Shown: positions 28,435 to 39,597, counted from the stretch's first letter. The stretch: DNA of 64,000 nucleotides from an uncultured virus (IMG/VR IMGVR_UViG_3300034050_000143) (IMGVR_UViG_3300034050_000143), one strand, 5' to 3'. Numbers and translations: made by a program. Notes: generated from the letters alone by a model not told the origin.

Positions 28435-29042
28435 TGAAAAGTGTATTTAATTTTATCGTGAAACCGGTAGGTGAAAGATACGATAATAAAATTAAGGTAG
28501 AAGGCAAAGAGCTAATACTGAATACTAAAATAGAAAGTTTTAAGTCTGTGAATAATTTAGCGGAGGTAATATCTACCCCGCTAGCTTATTCAAGTGATAT
28601 AAAAGTAGGTGATATTATTGTTATACATCATAATGTTTTTAGAAGATTCTATGATATTAGAGGTAATCAAAAAAATAGTAGAGCATACTTTATGGACAAT
28701 ATGTACTTCTGTGATATAGATCAAATTTATTTATACAAATCAGAAGGCAAATGGAAAACTCTAGGTGATAGATGTTTTATAAAACCATTAAAGAATATTG
28801 ACCCTTTAAAGCTTGATAAAGAGCAACGCCTTATTGGTATATTAAAATACGGAAACAACTCCCTAAAAGAGCTTAAAATAAACGAGGGAGACCTTGTAGG
28901 TTATACTCCTTATGGTGAGTTTGATTTTATCATAGATGGGGAACGACTTTATTGTATGAAATCTAATGATATTGTAATTAAATATGAATATAAAGGAAAC
29001 GAAGCAGAATATAATCCTAGCTGGGCACAAGGCAGTTCTTGA
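28434..29042 (+). CDS. Tandem GroES-like domain protein
   Basis: Two GroES-like halves (IKVGDIIV; LGDRCFIKP...INEGDLV...IDGERLYCMKSNDI). Confidence 0.6.
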   Translation: MKSVFNFIVKPVGERYDNKIKVEGKELILNTKIESFKSVNNLAEVISTPLAYSSDIKVGDIIVIHHNVFRRFYDIRGNQKNSRAYFMDNMYFCDIDQIYLYKSEGKWKTLGDRCFIKPLKNIDPLKLDKEQRLIGILKYGNNSLKELKINEGDLVGYTPYGEFDFIIDGERLYCMKSNDIVIKYEYKGNEAEYNPSWAQGSS

Positions 29043-29259
29043 ATTAATTAAAGTTGCTGAAGAGGCGATCTTAAATAATGGAGACGATGATTTAAGCGCA
29101 GATAAATTAAAAAATGCTGCTGCTACAAAAAAATTAGCAATCTTCGATGCTTTTGAAATACTAACACGTATCGAAGAAGAAGAAAAGTTATTAGTTGAAG
29201 GAGATAAAGAAGCTGAAGTAAAAGTATTTAAAGGTTTTGCAGAAGGGAGATCTAAATAA
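28984..29259 (+). CDS. Hypothetical, possible terminase small subunit
   Basis: Helical 91-aa ORF abutting TerL. Confidence 0.45.
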   Translation: MNIKETKQNIILAGHKAVLELIKVAEEAILNNGDDDLSADKLKNAAATKKLAIFDAFEILTRIEEEEKLLVEGDKEAEVKVFKGFAEGRSK

Positions 29260-31481
29260 TGTACGAGCAAACTTTATATAAAATAATACCAGACTATATA
29301 AAGTCAAGTGTTATTAAGCAGGACAATCGTTTAAAAAAATGGAAGTATGGGTATAATAAAGACCATGATGTGGTTGTTATTAGTAAAACTGGAAAGATTG
29401 GTGAAATTATTGAAATCCAAAATTTAAAAATAGCTTTACCATTATCTGAAAACCCTTATTCCAGGTCTTCTAAAAAAGAAGAACAATATTGGGAACAAAT
29501 GAGTTACCCAAAAGAAATAAGTAAAATAAAAAGCACGTTTGATTGGAACAAGCAACCTGATGTATTTAAAGACAGATGGTATGATTATATTGATAACGAG
29601 TTTAAGTATAGAGAGGAAGGTTTATTCTTTTACAACAACGGTAAACCCACTTATATAACAGGTACGCACTATATGTACTTGCAATGGAGTAAAATAGATA
29701 TTGGTGCTCCAGATTACAGAGAATCAAATAGATTATTTTTTATATTCTGGGAAGCTTGTAAAGCAGATCTTAGATGTTACGGAATATGTTATTTAAAGAA
29801 TAGACGTTCTGGATTCTCATTTATGTCATCTTCTGAATTAGTTAACTTGGCCACCATATCAAGTGACTCTAGATTTGGTATATTATCAAAATCGGGAGCA
29901 GATGCTAAAAAAATGTTTACCGACAAAGTTGTTCCAATATCAATAAATTATCCTTTCTTTTTTAAACCTATTCAAGATGGTATGGATAGACCTAAAACAG
30001 AATTAGCTTATAGAGTACCTGCTTCTAAACTTACAAGAAAGAAACTTGATACTAATGATAAAGCTGAAGAGATGGACGGGCTTGATACTACTATTGACTG
30101 GAAAAATACAGGTGATAACAGCTATGATGGTGAAAAATTAAAACTGTTAGTTCATGATGAAAGTGGTAAATGGGAAAGACCTGATAATATATTAAACAAC
30201 TGGCGAGTTACTAAAACAACTCTTAGATTAGGTAGTAGGATTATTGGTAAGTGTATGATGGGTTCAACTTCAAATGCTTTAGATAAAGGAGGGGAGAATT
30301 TTAAAACACTTTATTATAATTCAGATGTTACAAAAAGAAACCGCAATGGACAGACTAGCTCAGGACTATATAGTTTGTTCATACCTATGGAATGGTCGTA
30401 CGAAGGATTCATTGACACTTATGGCTTACCTGTATTCGACACTCCAGAAAAACCAGTCAACGGAGTTGATGGTGGAGAAATAGTATATGGTGTTATTGAA
30501 CATTGGCAAAATGAAGTTGATGGTTTAAAATCTGATCAAGATGGTCTTAACGAATACTACAGACAGTTTCCAAGAACAGAACAACACGCGTTTAGAGACG
30601 AAGCAAAACAATCTTTGTTTAATCTTACTAAGATATATGAGCAAATAGATTATAATGAGGATTTAAGAAATACAAGCATTATAACTAAAGGAAGTTTTCA
30701 ATGGGAAAATGGTATACCAGATACTAGGGTTATTTTTTACCCAAACAGAGACGGTAGATTTTTAATATCATGGATACCACCTCAACATTTACAAAATAAC
30801 GTAGTTATTAAAAATGGTAGTAAATATCCAGGTAATGAGCATTTAGGAGCTTTTGGATGTGACCCTTATGACATATCAGGAACTGTAGATGGTAAAGGAT
30901 CTAATGGAGCATTGAGTGGATTAACTAAATTCTCAATGGACGAAGCACCTGCTAATAGTTTCTTTTTAGAATACATTGCTAGACCTCAGACTGCTGAGAT
31001 ATTTTTTGAAGAAGTTTTAATGGCATGTGTATTCTACGGTATGCCAATACTAGCAGAAAATAACAAACCTAGATTACTTTTTCATTTTAAAAGAAGAGGT
31101 TACAGAGGTTACTCAATGAATCGACCAGATAAAATATATGCTAAATTATCTATAACAGAAAAAGATATTGGTGGAATACCAAACTCTAGTGAGGATATTA
31201 AACAAGCTCACGCCGCTGCTATTGAATCATATATAGAAGACCATGTTGGTTTTACAGAAAATGGATTTGGTTCAATGTACTTTAATAAAACATTAAACGA
31301 CTGGGCAAGATTTAATATAAATGATAGAACAAAACATGATGCTTCTATTAGTTCTGGATTAGCGATAATGGCTTGCAATAAGAATAGATATACTCCAAAC
31401 AACCCTATAATTAGACAGGTGCATAATTTAGGAATTAAAAAATATGACAATACAGGTTCTTCATCAAAAATATACAAATGA
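29259..31481 (+). CDS. terL: Terminase large subunit
   Basis: Walker A-like KNRRSGFS, Walker B LVHDE, GST coupling motif, nuclease GCDP and C-terminal HD. Confidence 0.92.
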   Translation: MYEQTLYKIIPDYIKSSVIKQDNRLKKWKYGYNKDHDVVVISKTGKIGEIIEIQNLKIALPLSENPYSRSSKKEEQYWEQMSYPKEISKIKSTFDWNKQPDVFKDRWYDYIDNEFKYREEGLFFYNNGKPTYITGTHYMYLQWSKIDIGAPDYRESNRLFFIFWEACKADLRCYGICYLKNRRSGFSFMSSSELVNLATISSDSRFGILSKSGADAKKMFTDKVVPISINYPFFFKPIQDGMDRPKTELAYRVPASKLTRKKLDTNDKAEEMDGLDTTIDWKNTGDNSYDGEKLKLLVHDESGKWERPDNILNNWRVTKTTLRLGSRIIGKCMMGSTSNALDKGGENFKTLYYNSDVTKRNRNGQTSSGLYSLFIPMEWSYEGFIDTYGLPVFDTPEKPVNGVDGGEIVYGVIEHWQNEVDGLKSDQDGLNEYYRQFPRTEQHAFRDEAKQSLFNLTKIYEQIDYNEDLRNTSIITKGSFQWENGIPDTRVIFYPNRDGRFLISWIPPQHLQNNVVIKNGSKYPGNEHLGAFGCDPYDISGTVDGKGSNGALSGLTKFSMDEAPANSFFLEYIARPQTAEIFFEEVLMACVFYGMPILAENNKPRLLFHFKRRGYRGYSMNRPDKIYAKLSITEKDIGGIPNSSEDIKQAHAAAIESYIEDHVGFTENGFGSMYFNKTLNDWARFNINDRTKHDASISSGLAIMACNKNRYTPNNPIIRQVHNLGIKKYDNTGSSSKIYK

Positions 31482-33883
31482 ATATATACACAAATACAAA
31501 TAGCGCATTTCCTAGTCAAGTCGTACCTGATGCGGTTAAAGCTTCCGAAGAATATGGATTGCAAGTATCACGTGCTATAGAACAAGAATGGTTTGACCAA
31601 GGTAGAACCACGGGTAATAGATACTTAACTAATTGGAATAATTTTCATCAATTAAGATTATATGCTAGAGGAGAACAGTCTGTTCAAAAGTATAAAGATG
31701 AATTAGCTACAAATGGTGATATTTCATATTTAAACTTAGATTGGAAACCAGTACCTATTATATCTAAATTTGTTGACATCGTAGTTAATGGTATGTCTCA
31801 GAAAGGTTATGATATAAAAGCGTATGCTCAAGATCCAGAATCTTTAAAAGCAAAAACAGAATATGCTCAATCTATATTAAGAGATATGCATTCTCAAGAT
31901 TTAATTGAAAAAGCTAAAGAATTAATAGGTGAAGACTTTTCTAGTTCTACACTTAAAAAAGATGAACTTCCTGAGACTAAAGAAGAGTTAGAATTGCACA
32001 TGCAATTAAATTATAAGCAATCTATTGAGATAGCAGAAGAAGAAGCTATTAATAACGTACTAGCACAAAACAAGTGGGACTTAACTAAGCGTAGATTAAA
32101 TTACGATTTAACAGTATTAGGTATTGCATGTACTAAAACAAACTTTAACGTTAGTGAAGGTATTAAATTAGAATATGTTGATCCAGCTTATTTAGTTTAC
32201 TCTTATACTGAAGATCCAAACTTTGAAGATATATACTATGTTGGAGAAGTTAAAGCAGTTACAATACCAGAATTAAAAATGCAATTTCCTAGTCTATCAG
32301 AAGAGGAATTAAAGCGAATTCAGGAAATGCCAGGTAATAGACAATATATAACTGGTTGGGGTAATTATGATGAAAACACTGTTCAAGTATTATATTTCGA
32401 GTATAAGACTTATATGAATCAAGTTTTTAAAATAAAGTATGGAGAAAACGGAATGGAAAAAGTCATTGAAAAAACAGACGATTTCAATCCACCTCAAAAC
32501 GATAAATTTGATAGAGTATCTAGAACTATAGAAGTACTATATACTGGAGCTAAAATCCTAGGTACTAATACAATGTTAGAATGGAGATTATCTGAAAACA
32601 TGTCTAGACCATTTGCAAATATGACAAAAGTTGAAATGAACTATGTTATCACTGCTCCTAGAATGTATAAAGGTAGAATAGATTCATTAGTAAACAAGGT
32701 AACAGGTTTTGCTGATATGATTCAGTTAACACATCTTAAATTACAACAAGTAATGTCTAAGATGGTTCCTGATGGAGTATTTGTTGATGTAGATGGTCTT
32801 GCTGAAGTTGACTTAGGTAATGGTACAAACTATAATGCTGCTGAAGCATTAAATATGTATTTCCAAACTGGTAGTATAGTTGGTAGATCTTTAACACAAG
32901 AAGGTAACGGAAATCCAGGTAAAGTACCAATTCAAGAATTAAGTAGTTCATCAGGTCAAGCTAAGATAGCTTCGCTTATACAAACTTATCAATATTATTT
33001 ACAACTTATAAGAGATGTTACTGGACTTAATGAAGCTCGTGACGGAAGTATGGTTGATAAAGATACATTAGTAGGACTTCAAAAGATGGCCGCTAATGCG
33101 TCAAATACTGCTACTAAACATATTTTACAGTCTAGTTTATTTCTGACCCTTAGAGCGTGTGAAAATGTTTCGTTAAGAATTGCAGATTGTTTAGATTATC
33201 CATTGTTAGCAAAAACATTAGAAGAAAGTATAACTTCATATAATGTATCTACTTTAAAAGAAATGAAATATCTAAACTTGTATGAGTTTGGTATTTACTT
33301 AGAACTAGAGCCAGATGAAGAAGATAAAGCTTTATTAGAACAAAATATACAAGTAGCATTACAGAGTGGAGGTATAGACCTTGACGATGCTATTGATATT
33401 CGTCAGATTAGAAATTTAAAACTAGCTAATCAAACTTTAAAATTCAGAAAAAAGAAAAAACAAAAAGCCGCTCAGGAAGCTCAGATGGCTAATATACAAG
33501 CGCAAGCTCAAGCGAATCAACAGACTGCAGAAAAAGCAGCTTTATTTGAAGTTCAAAAACAACAAGCATTAACTCAGGAAACTGTTAATGTAGAACAAGC
33601 TAAATCTCAATTTGAGATACAAAGAATGCAAGCCGAAGCTCAAATAAAGAAACAACTAATGGAAGCGCAGTTTCAATATGATATGCAACTAGCACAGATT
33701 AAAATGCAAACCATTGATAAAAACTTACAAACAGCCGAAGATAGAAAAGATGCTAGAACAAAAATACAAGCAACTCAACAATCAGAGTTAATAGATCAAC
33801 GTAAAAACAATTCTTTACCAAAAGATTTTGAAGGTCAAGATTTAGGTTTTTCAGATGAATCAATTCAATCGTTCGGAATGTAA
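31478..33883 (+). CDS. Portal protein
   Basis: 801 aa, follows TerL; PIISKFVDIVVN, RDVTGLNEARDG, C-terminal Q/A-rich barrel coil. Confidence 0.88.
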   Translation: MNIYTNTNSAFPSQVVPDAVKASEEYGLQVSRAIEQEWFDQGRTTGNRYLTNWNNFHQLRLYARGEQSVQKYKDELATNGDISYLNLDWKPVPIISKFVDIVVNGMSQKGYDIKAYAQDPESLKAKTEYAQSILRDMHSQDLIEKAKELIGEDFSSSTLKKDELPETKEELELHMQLNYKQSIEIAEEEAINNVLAQNKWDLTKRRLNYDLTVLGIACTKTNFNVSEGIKLEYVDPAYLVYSYTEDPNFEDIYYVGEVKAVTIPELKMQFPSLSEEELKRIQEMPGNRQYITGWGNYDENTVQVLYFEYKTYMNQVFKIKYGENGMEKVIEKTDDFNPPQNDKFDRVSRTIEVLYTGAKILGTNTMLEWRLSENMSRPFANMTKVEMNYVITAPRMYKGRIDSLVNKVTGFADMIQLTHLKLQQVMSKMVPDGVFVDVDGLAEVDLGNGTNYNAAEALNMYFQTGSIVGRSLTQEGNGNPGKVPIQELSSSSGQAKIASLIQTYQYYLQLIRDVTGLNEARDGSMVDKDTLVGLQKMAANASNTATKHILQSSLFLTLRACENVSLRIADCLDYPLLAKTLEESITSYNVSTLKEMKYLNLYEFGIYLELEPDEEDKALLEQNIQVALQSGGIDLDDAIDIRQIRNLKLANQTLKFRKKKKQKAAQEAQMANIQAQAQANQQTAEKAALFEVQKQQALTQETVNVEQAKSQFEIQRMQAEAQIKKQLMEAQFQYDMQLAQIKMQTIDKNLQTAEDRKDARTKIQATQQSELIDQRKNNSLPKDFEGQDLGFSDESIQSFGM

Positions 33884-33915
33884 AACAATTATAACCAATT
33901 TTATATTATTATATC

Positions 33916-35094
33916 ATGTCAGAAATTATTAAACAAGAAGGAGACTTCAAAATGCAGAAACCAAGAAAACCTAGAAATTTATCTAAAGAAGATAACATAA
34001 CAAAGGTTGATTTGTCTAAACCTTTAGTAGATCAAGAGGTAATAAAAGTAATTATTCCTAATACAGAAAAAGATGCCGTTCAAGAATCAAGCACAAAGGA
34101 AAGCGTGTTACGCACAGAACAATCCACAGTGGAATTGCAAGAAGTGGGACAAAGAGACGAAAGGTCCGTTGAAGATGTTATTCAAGAAATCGAAATTACA
34201 GAAGTAGACGTTAAAGAGGTTGAAAAAGAAATTGCACATCACGTACAAGAACAAATAAACACTGGTAAACCATTACCAGAAAACATCGAAAAGCTAGTTA
34301 CTTTTATGGAAGAAACTGGTGGAACTATAGATGATTATGCTAGATTAAATACAGATTATTCTTCTGTAGACAACGAAGTGTTATTAAAAGAATATTATAA
34401 AAAATCAAGACCGCATTTAGATTCTGAAGAAATTGAATTTCTAATGGAAGATGAATTTAGTTATGATGAAGATATTGATGAAGAGCGAGACATCAGAAAG
34501 AAAAAACTCGCTTACAAAGAAGAGGTTGCTAAAGCAAAAAGATTCTTAGAAGATCTTAAATTAAAATATTACGATGAAATCAAGTTGAGGTCAAACGTAT
34601 CTAAAGATCAACAAGAAGCTTTTGAATTTTTCAACCGATATAAGAAGACAGAAGAGCAGAATGCTGAAAGACATGCTAGATTTAAAAGTAATACTAAAGG
34701 TTTATTCAACGGTGAATTCAAAGGTTTTGAATATAATGTCGGAGAAAAACGATTCAGGTATGGAATACAAAATCAAGAGCAGGTCGCAGAGAAACAATCA
34801 GACATCAATAATTTCTTAGGGAAGTTCCTAGATAAAGAAGGTAATATTATTGATACAAATGGTTATCACAAAGCACTCTACACCGCAACGAACTCAGACA
34901 AAATCGCGCAACACTTTTATGAACAAGGTAAAGCAGATGCTGTTAAAGAAGTTATAGCTAATTCTAAAAACCCGGGTTCAACACAACCAAGACAAGCTCC
35001 TGGTGACGTATTTATAAACGGGTTAAAAGTTAAAGCTATTAGTGGTTTTGATTCTTCTAAATTAAGAATACAAACAAAAAAATTTAACAATTAA
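33916..35094 (+). CDS. Capsid scaffolding protein (putative)
   Basis: Acidic coiled-coil between portal and capsid; HFYEQGKADA. Confidence 0.7.
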   Translation: MSEIIKQEGDFKMQKPRKPRNLSKEDNITKVDLSKPLVDQEVIKVIIPNTEKDAVQESSTKESVLRTEQSTVELQEVGQRDERSVEDVIQEIEITEVDVKEVEKEIAHHVQEQINTGKPLPENIEKLVTFMEETGGTIDDYARLNTDYSSVDNEVLLKEYYKKSRPHLDSEEIEFLMEDEFSYDEDIDEERDIRKKKLAYKEEVAKAKRFLEDLKLKYYDEIKLRSNVSKDQQEAFEFFNRYKKTEEQNAERHARFKSNTKGLFNGEFKGFEYNVGEKRFRYGIQNQEQVAEKQSDINNFLGKFLDKEGNIIDTNGYHKALYTATNSDKIAQHFYEQGKADAVKEVIANSKNPGSTQPRQAPGDVFINGLKVKAISGFDSSKLRIQTKKFNN

Positions 35095-35105
35095 AATTAA
35101 CGATT

Positions 35106-36572
35106 ATGTCAAATGTGACTCCACAATTCGGTTCAATTAAACCGTCTCAAAAACAACAAGCGTTAGAAACAAATTACTTAAACTTCACAAACGGAAGTGG
35201 TAATGATTTCGCGCAACAATATTTACCAGAAGTATACGAAGCTGAAGTAGAGCGTTATGGAAACAGAACTCTTTCTGGATTCTTACGTATGGTTGGTGCT
35301 GAAATGCCAATGTCTTCTGATCAAGTAGTATGGTCTGAACAAAACAGATTACACATTGCTTACAAAGATGTAACTTGTGCTTCTGCAACAACTTTAACTT
35401 TTGTTACTGGTGGTACTGGTGCTAACTTCGTAAACAACGTAATTTCTGTAGGTCAAACTTTAGTAGTGGCAAGTCCTTCTACTGGAAAAGAACTTAAAGT
35501 TTATGTTACAGCTTCTACTGCTGATGCCGCTACTGGAACAGGTGGTTCTACTAACCCTGCTGTTATCACTGTTAAACCTTATACTCAATTAGATTTGACT
35601 ACTGGTGCTGGTAACGTAGTAAACTTTGCTTCTGCAACAGATCTTAAAATCTTTGTATACGGTTCTGAATTCAAAAAAGGAACTACTGATGCAACTATCA
35701 ACTCTGTAACTCCATCTTTTACTCAATACAGTAATTCACCTATTATCATCAAAGAAAAATATCAAATCTCAGGATCTGATACTGCTCAGATTGGTTGGGT
35801 TGAAGTTGCCACTGAAGAAGGAACAAGCGGATACTTATGGTATTTAAAAGCTGAATCTGAAACTCGTCTACGTTTTGAAGATTACTTGGAAATGTCTGTT
35901 ATTGAAGGTGAATTAGTTTCTGGTGGATCTACTTTAACTTCTGCTAACGGATTGAAAGGAACTCAAGGTCTTTTCTCTGCTGTTAAAGAAAGAGGAAATG
36001 TTGTAAATAACTTTACTGCTGCTGCAGGTTTAAGTGATTTTGATTCAATCTTGAAAAACTTAGATACTCAAGGAGCAATTGAAGAAAACATGTTCTTCTT
36101 GAACAGAGCTACTTCTCTTGACTTTGATGATATGTTGGCTTCTTTATCTTCTGGCGCTGCTGGAGGTGTTGCTTACGGATTGTTTGAAAACTCTGAGCAA
36201 ATGGCTTTGAACTTAGGTTTCTCTGGATTCCGTAGAGGATCTTACGATTTCTATAAGACTGACTGGAAATACTTGAATGACGCTTCTACTCGTGGAGGTA
36301 TGGCTAACACATCTATCGATGGTATCCTTATCCCTGCTGGAACATCTACAGTATATGACCAACAATTAGGTACTAACATCCGTAGACCATTCTTACACGT
36401 GCGTTATAGAGCTAGTCAAGCTGATGACAGAAGAATGAAAAACTGGATCACTGGATCTGTTGGAGGTGCTTACACTTCTGATCTTGATGCAATGCAAGTA
36501 CACTTCTTGTCTGAAAGATGTCTAGTTACTCAAGCTGCTAACAACTTCGTGTTGTTTACTGCTTCAGTATAA
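35106..36572 (+). CDS. Major capsid protein
   Basis: 488 aa, strongly biased codon use, GTQGLF motif, followed by terminator. Confidence 0.85.
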   Translation: MSNVTPQFGSIKPSQKQQALETNYLNFTNGSGNDFAQQYLPEVYEAEVERYGNRTLSGFLRMVGAEMPMSSDQVVWSEQNRLHIAYKDVTCASATTLTFVTGGTGANFVNNVISVGQTLVVASPSTGKELKVYVTASTADAATGTGGSTNPAVITVKPYTQLDLTTGAGNVVNFASATDLKIFVYGSEFKKGTTDATINSVTPSFTQYSNSPIIIKEKYQISGSDTAQIGWVEVATEEGTSGYLWYLKAESETRLRFEDYLEMSVIEGELVSGGSTLTSANGLKGTQGLFSAVKERGNVVNNFTAAAGLSDFDSILKNLDTQGAIEENMFFLNRATSLDFDDMLASLSSGAAGGVAYGLFENSEQMALNLGFSGFRRGSYDFYKTDWKYLNDASTRGGMANTSIDGILIPAGTSTVYDQQLGTNIRRPFLHVRYRASQADDRRMKNWITGSVGGAYTSDLDAMQVHFLSERCLVTQAANNFVLFTASV

Positions 36573-36578
36573 AAACCT

Positions 36579-36624
36579 GGTGATATTACCCTCGTTGAAT
36601 TTACGGGGGTAATTATTACCTTTT
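36579..36624 (+). terminator. Terminator after major capsid gene
   Basis: GGTGAT-ATTACCCTCGT...ACGGGGGTAAT-TATTACC hairpin plus T run. Confidence 0.8.
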
Positions 36625-36653
36625 AAAAAAAATTTATTAAATTATATTATATT

Positions 36654-37496
36654 ATGCCAATAGCAAAAAAAGAAATTGAAAAAGTTATTGTAACAGAATC
36701 TACAGAAGTAGAAGTTACAACCCAGAAACAAGTTGCCAAAGAAACAAAACCTAGTGCACCTGTGTGGGAAATAAAAGATAGAACATACGTTATATCTGAT
36801 AGTCATGCTCCATTAACTTACACGTTACAAGGTAAGCATACACTTAGATACCCATTATTGTGGTTTGATAAGGTAAAAGGAGAGCAAGAAGAAATAAGAT
36901 ATGCAACTAATCAAAATTCGCCTTTAGTTAAAGACCAAAAAGGTCAAGCAACATTAGGTCACATTATATTTGAAAATGGTATTTTGAATGTTCCAAAAGA
37001 AAAACAAAATTTACAAAAATTATTATCACTTTATCACCCAGGTTTAAATGTTAAATATACTGAGTTTGATCCAACAGCAGAAGCTGAAGACGATTTAGAT
37101 TATTTAGAATTAGAAGTTGAAGCGATGAATGCTGCTTTTAGTATGGATATTGATGAAGCAGAAGCTATAGTACGTGTCGAAGTTGGTTCTAGAGTAAATA
37201 AAATGAGTTCTAAGGAGATTAAAAGAGATTTGCTACTATTCGCTAGAAGAAATCCTTCTTTGTTCTTAGAATTAGCTAATGATGATAATGTACAATTAAG
37301 AAACTTAGCAATTAGAGCTACAGAATCTAATATTATAAAACTATCTCACGATCAACGTACATTTATGTGGGGAGAGAATGATAGAAAATTAATGACAGTG
37401 CCGTTTGATGAAAATCCATACTCAGCAATGGCGGCTTTCTTTAAGACAGATGAAGGCGTACAAGTCTTTAAGTCTATAGAGAAAAAACTTAAATAA
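36654..37496 (+). CDS. Conserved virion-module protein
   Basis: 280-aa ORF after the capsid gene. Confidence 0.7.
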   Translation: MPIAKKEIEKVIVTESTEVEVTTQKQVAKETKPSAPVWEIKDRTYVISDSHAPLTYTLQGKHTLRYPLLWFDKVKGEQEEIRYATNQNSPLVKDQKGQATLGHIIFENGILNVPKEKQNLQKLLSLYHPGLNVKYTEFDPTAEAEDDLDYLELEVEAMNAAFSMDIDEAEAIVRVEVGSRVNKMSSKEIKRDLLLFARRNPSLFLELANDDNVQLRNLAIRATESNIIKLSHDQRTFMWGENDRKLMTVPFDENPYSAMAAFFKTDEGVQVFKSIEKKLK

Positions 37497-37507
37497 CATG
37501 TAATATT
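37480..37507 (+). promoter_or_regulatory. Middle/late promoter-like motif
   Basis: AGAAA-N15-GTAATA, followed by a long hairpin at 37514-37551. Confidence 0.5.
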
Positions 37508-37573
37508 AATATCTAGGCGGTTATTGTAATTAAAACTGCAATAACTGCCTAAATATTATAATAAATATAACAA

Positions 37574-38353
37574 ATGGCAGTAAACGTAGACACAGTTTAT
37601 AAAACAGTTTTATCTATAATAAACAAAGAGCAGCGTGGTTACATGACTCCTCAAGAGTTTAATAGAACAGCGGCACAAGTGCAGTTAGAAATATTTGAAC
37701 AATATTTTGATGATTTAAATCAACAATTAAGAGTCAGTCAAAGTGACTACGAATATTCTGACAGAGTTGTTGAGATTGATCAGAAGATGTCTATATTTAA
37801 AACAACAGGACTTTGTACTTACGTATCTAATGTGGCTGGCAGTTATTTTACTCTGCCAACAACTGACATATACGGTGTTACAAGTTCACTTTATAGACTT
37901 GGTACATTAGCATATAAAAATGTATACGGCCAACAAATAGGACCATTAGAAGAGTTACAAAAATACGAATTTTATTACATACAAAATTCTAGACTTACAG
38001 CATCAACTACAATTAACCCTACATTCTTTAGAGAATCTAATAGAGTTGTTGTTGCTCCAAGTTCTATAACTGGCAATACTTCTATAATTGCTAACTATAT
38101 TAGAAAACCACTAGATCCTATATGGGGTTTTACAATTGGTACACGAGGTCAATACATATATAACCCAAGTCCTTATAATCCACTTTCAGTACCTGTACCA
38201 ACTGGTTCTAGAAACTTTGAACTACACGAGTCTGAACAGACAAGATTAATTATAAAAATATTAGTATACGCAGGTATAATAATAAAAGATCCTCAAATCG
38301 TACAAGCCGCAGCTCAACAAGCACAATCAGAAGAAGTAAACTCAAAAAGCTAA
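37574..38353 (+). CDS. Tail ring/adaptor protein
   Basis: NKEQRGYMTPQEFN...YIRKP pattern of crAss-like ring proteins. Confidence 0.7.
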   Translation: MAVNVDTVYKTVLSIINKEQRGYMTPQEFNRTAAQVQLEIFEQYFDDLNQQLRVSQSDYEYSDRVVEIDQKMSIFKTTGLCTYVSNVAGSYFTLPTTDIYGVTSSLYRLGTLAYKNVYGQQIGPLEELQKYEFYYIQNSRLTASTTINPTFFRESNRVVVAPSSITGNTSIIANYIRKPLDPIWGFTIGTRGQYIYNPSPYNPLSVPVPTGSRNFELHESEQTRLIIKILVYAGIIIKDPQIVQAAAQQAQSEEVNSKS

Positions 38354-38360
38354 ATAGAAC

Positions 38361-39593
38361 ATGCCAACACCTAACAATGGTTTAATAACCGAAACTAATA
38401 GACAGTACTACGAAGGAGCACAAGGTTTTATAGCCGACGGAGTTACGACTAGTTTTTTAACAACATTTGATACTAATTTAGTTTTTAGAAGTTATAACCC
38501 GGCAGACGAAGTATATGTTTTAAACAACTTTAAATTATATACTAGTCCAAATGGTTATCCTGGAACGTTTACTGAATACGTAAGCAATTATTCGGTTATT
38601 GGTAATACAATAACTACAGCAGCGACTTTAGCTGATGGTATTTATGTTGTTGTCCAGTTAAAGTCTTTAAGTGGCGGTAATTATGGGGACGTCGATGATG
38701 CTGATAGTTACGCTTATGGTAATACAGTAGAAGAAAATTATGGATCGTATGCTTATATATCTTTAAATGACTTGATTGATAATTTCATGATTGCTTATGT
38801 AGGTAATGGAAAATTAATTAGTTCTGCAAAAAAGACAGACATTATATTCCATGCTAAACGAGGTATGCAAGAATTTAGTTATGATACATTAAGGAGTATT
38901 AAGTCTCAAGAACTAACAGTACCTTATAATTTAAGTGTCGTAATACCTCAAGACTATGTAAACTACGTTAAAATTTCTCGAATAGATCATCATGGTGTAA
39001 AACATCCATTGTATCCAACAAATAATCTTACTGTAAGTACTTATGAAAATCCAGTACAAGACACGGAAGGAGTTCCAACGCAGGACAATTTTAATACCAA
39101 TATTGAGGGTACATCGATTACTGAAGAAAGATGGAAAAGAAATAATTCCGGTCAGTTATCCTTTGATTCTGGAAATTTTGTAGGCGATTGGTATAATGGC
39201 GATATGTGGGTGCAAAGTGCTGCTTATGGCAGAAGATACGGTATGGACCCACAATACGCTAATATGAATGGTTATTTCACAATGAATGACAGAGAGGGTA
39301 AAATATCTTTTAGCAGTAACTTAATAGATAGACTAATAGTATTAGAATATATTTCAGATGGGTTAGCTTATGATTTAGATACAAAAGTGCCTAAGTTAGC
39401 AGAAGAAGCTATGTATGCTCATATTTTGCATGCGGTAATATCAACTAGAGCAAACCAACCTGAGTATTTAGTACAAAGATTAAAACAAGAAAGATTTGCT
39501 AAATTAAGAAATGCCAAAATAAGATTGTCTAATATAAAACTTGAAGAAATATCTCAAGTTTTAAGAGGTCAATCAAAATGGATTAAACACTAA
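38361..39593 (+). CDS. Tail ring/adaptor protein 2
   Basis: PQDYVNYVK...LEYISDG pattern. Confidence 0.7.
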   Translation: MPTPNNGLITETNRQYYEGAQGFIADGVTTSFLTTFDTNLVFRSYNPADEVYVLNNFKLYTSPNGYPGTFTEYVSNYSVIGNTITTAATLADGIYVVVQLKSLSGGNYGDVDDADSYAYGNTVEENYGSYAYISLNDLIDNFMIAYVGNGKLISSAKKTDIIFHAKRGMQEFSYDTLRSIKSQELTVPYNLSVVIPQDYVNYVKISRIDHHGVKHPLYPTNNLTVSTYENPVQDTEGVPTQDNFNTNIEGTSITEERWKRNNSGQLSFDSGNFVGDWYNGDMWVQSAAYGRRYGMDPQYANMNGYFTMNDREGKISFSSNLIDRLIVLEYISDGLAYDLDTKVPKLAEEAMYAHILHAVISTRANQPEYLVQRLKQERFAKLRNAKIRLSNIKLEEISQVLRGQSKWIKH

Positions 39594-39597
39594 TTAT

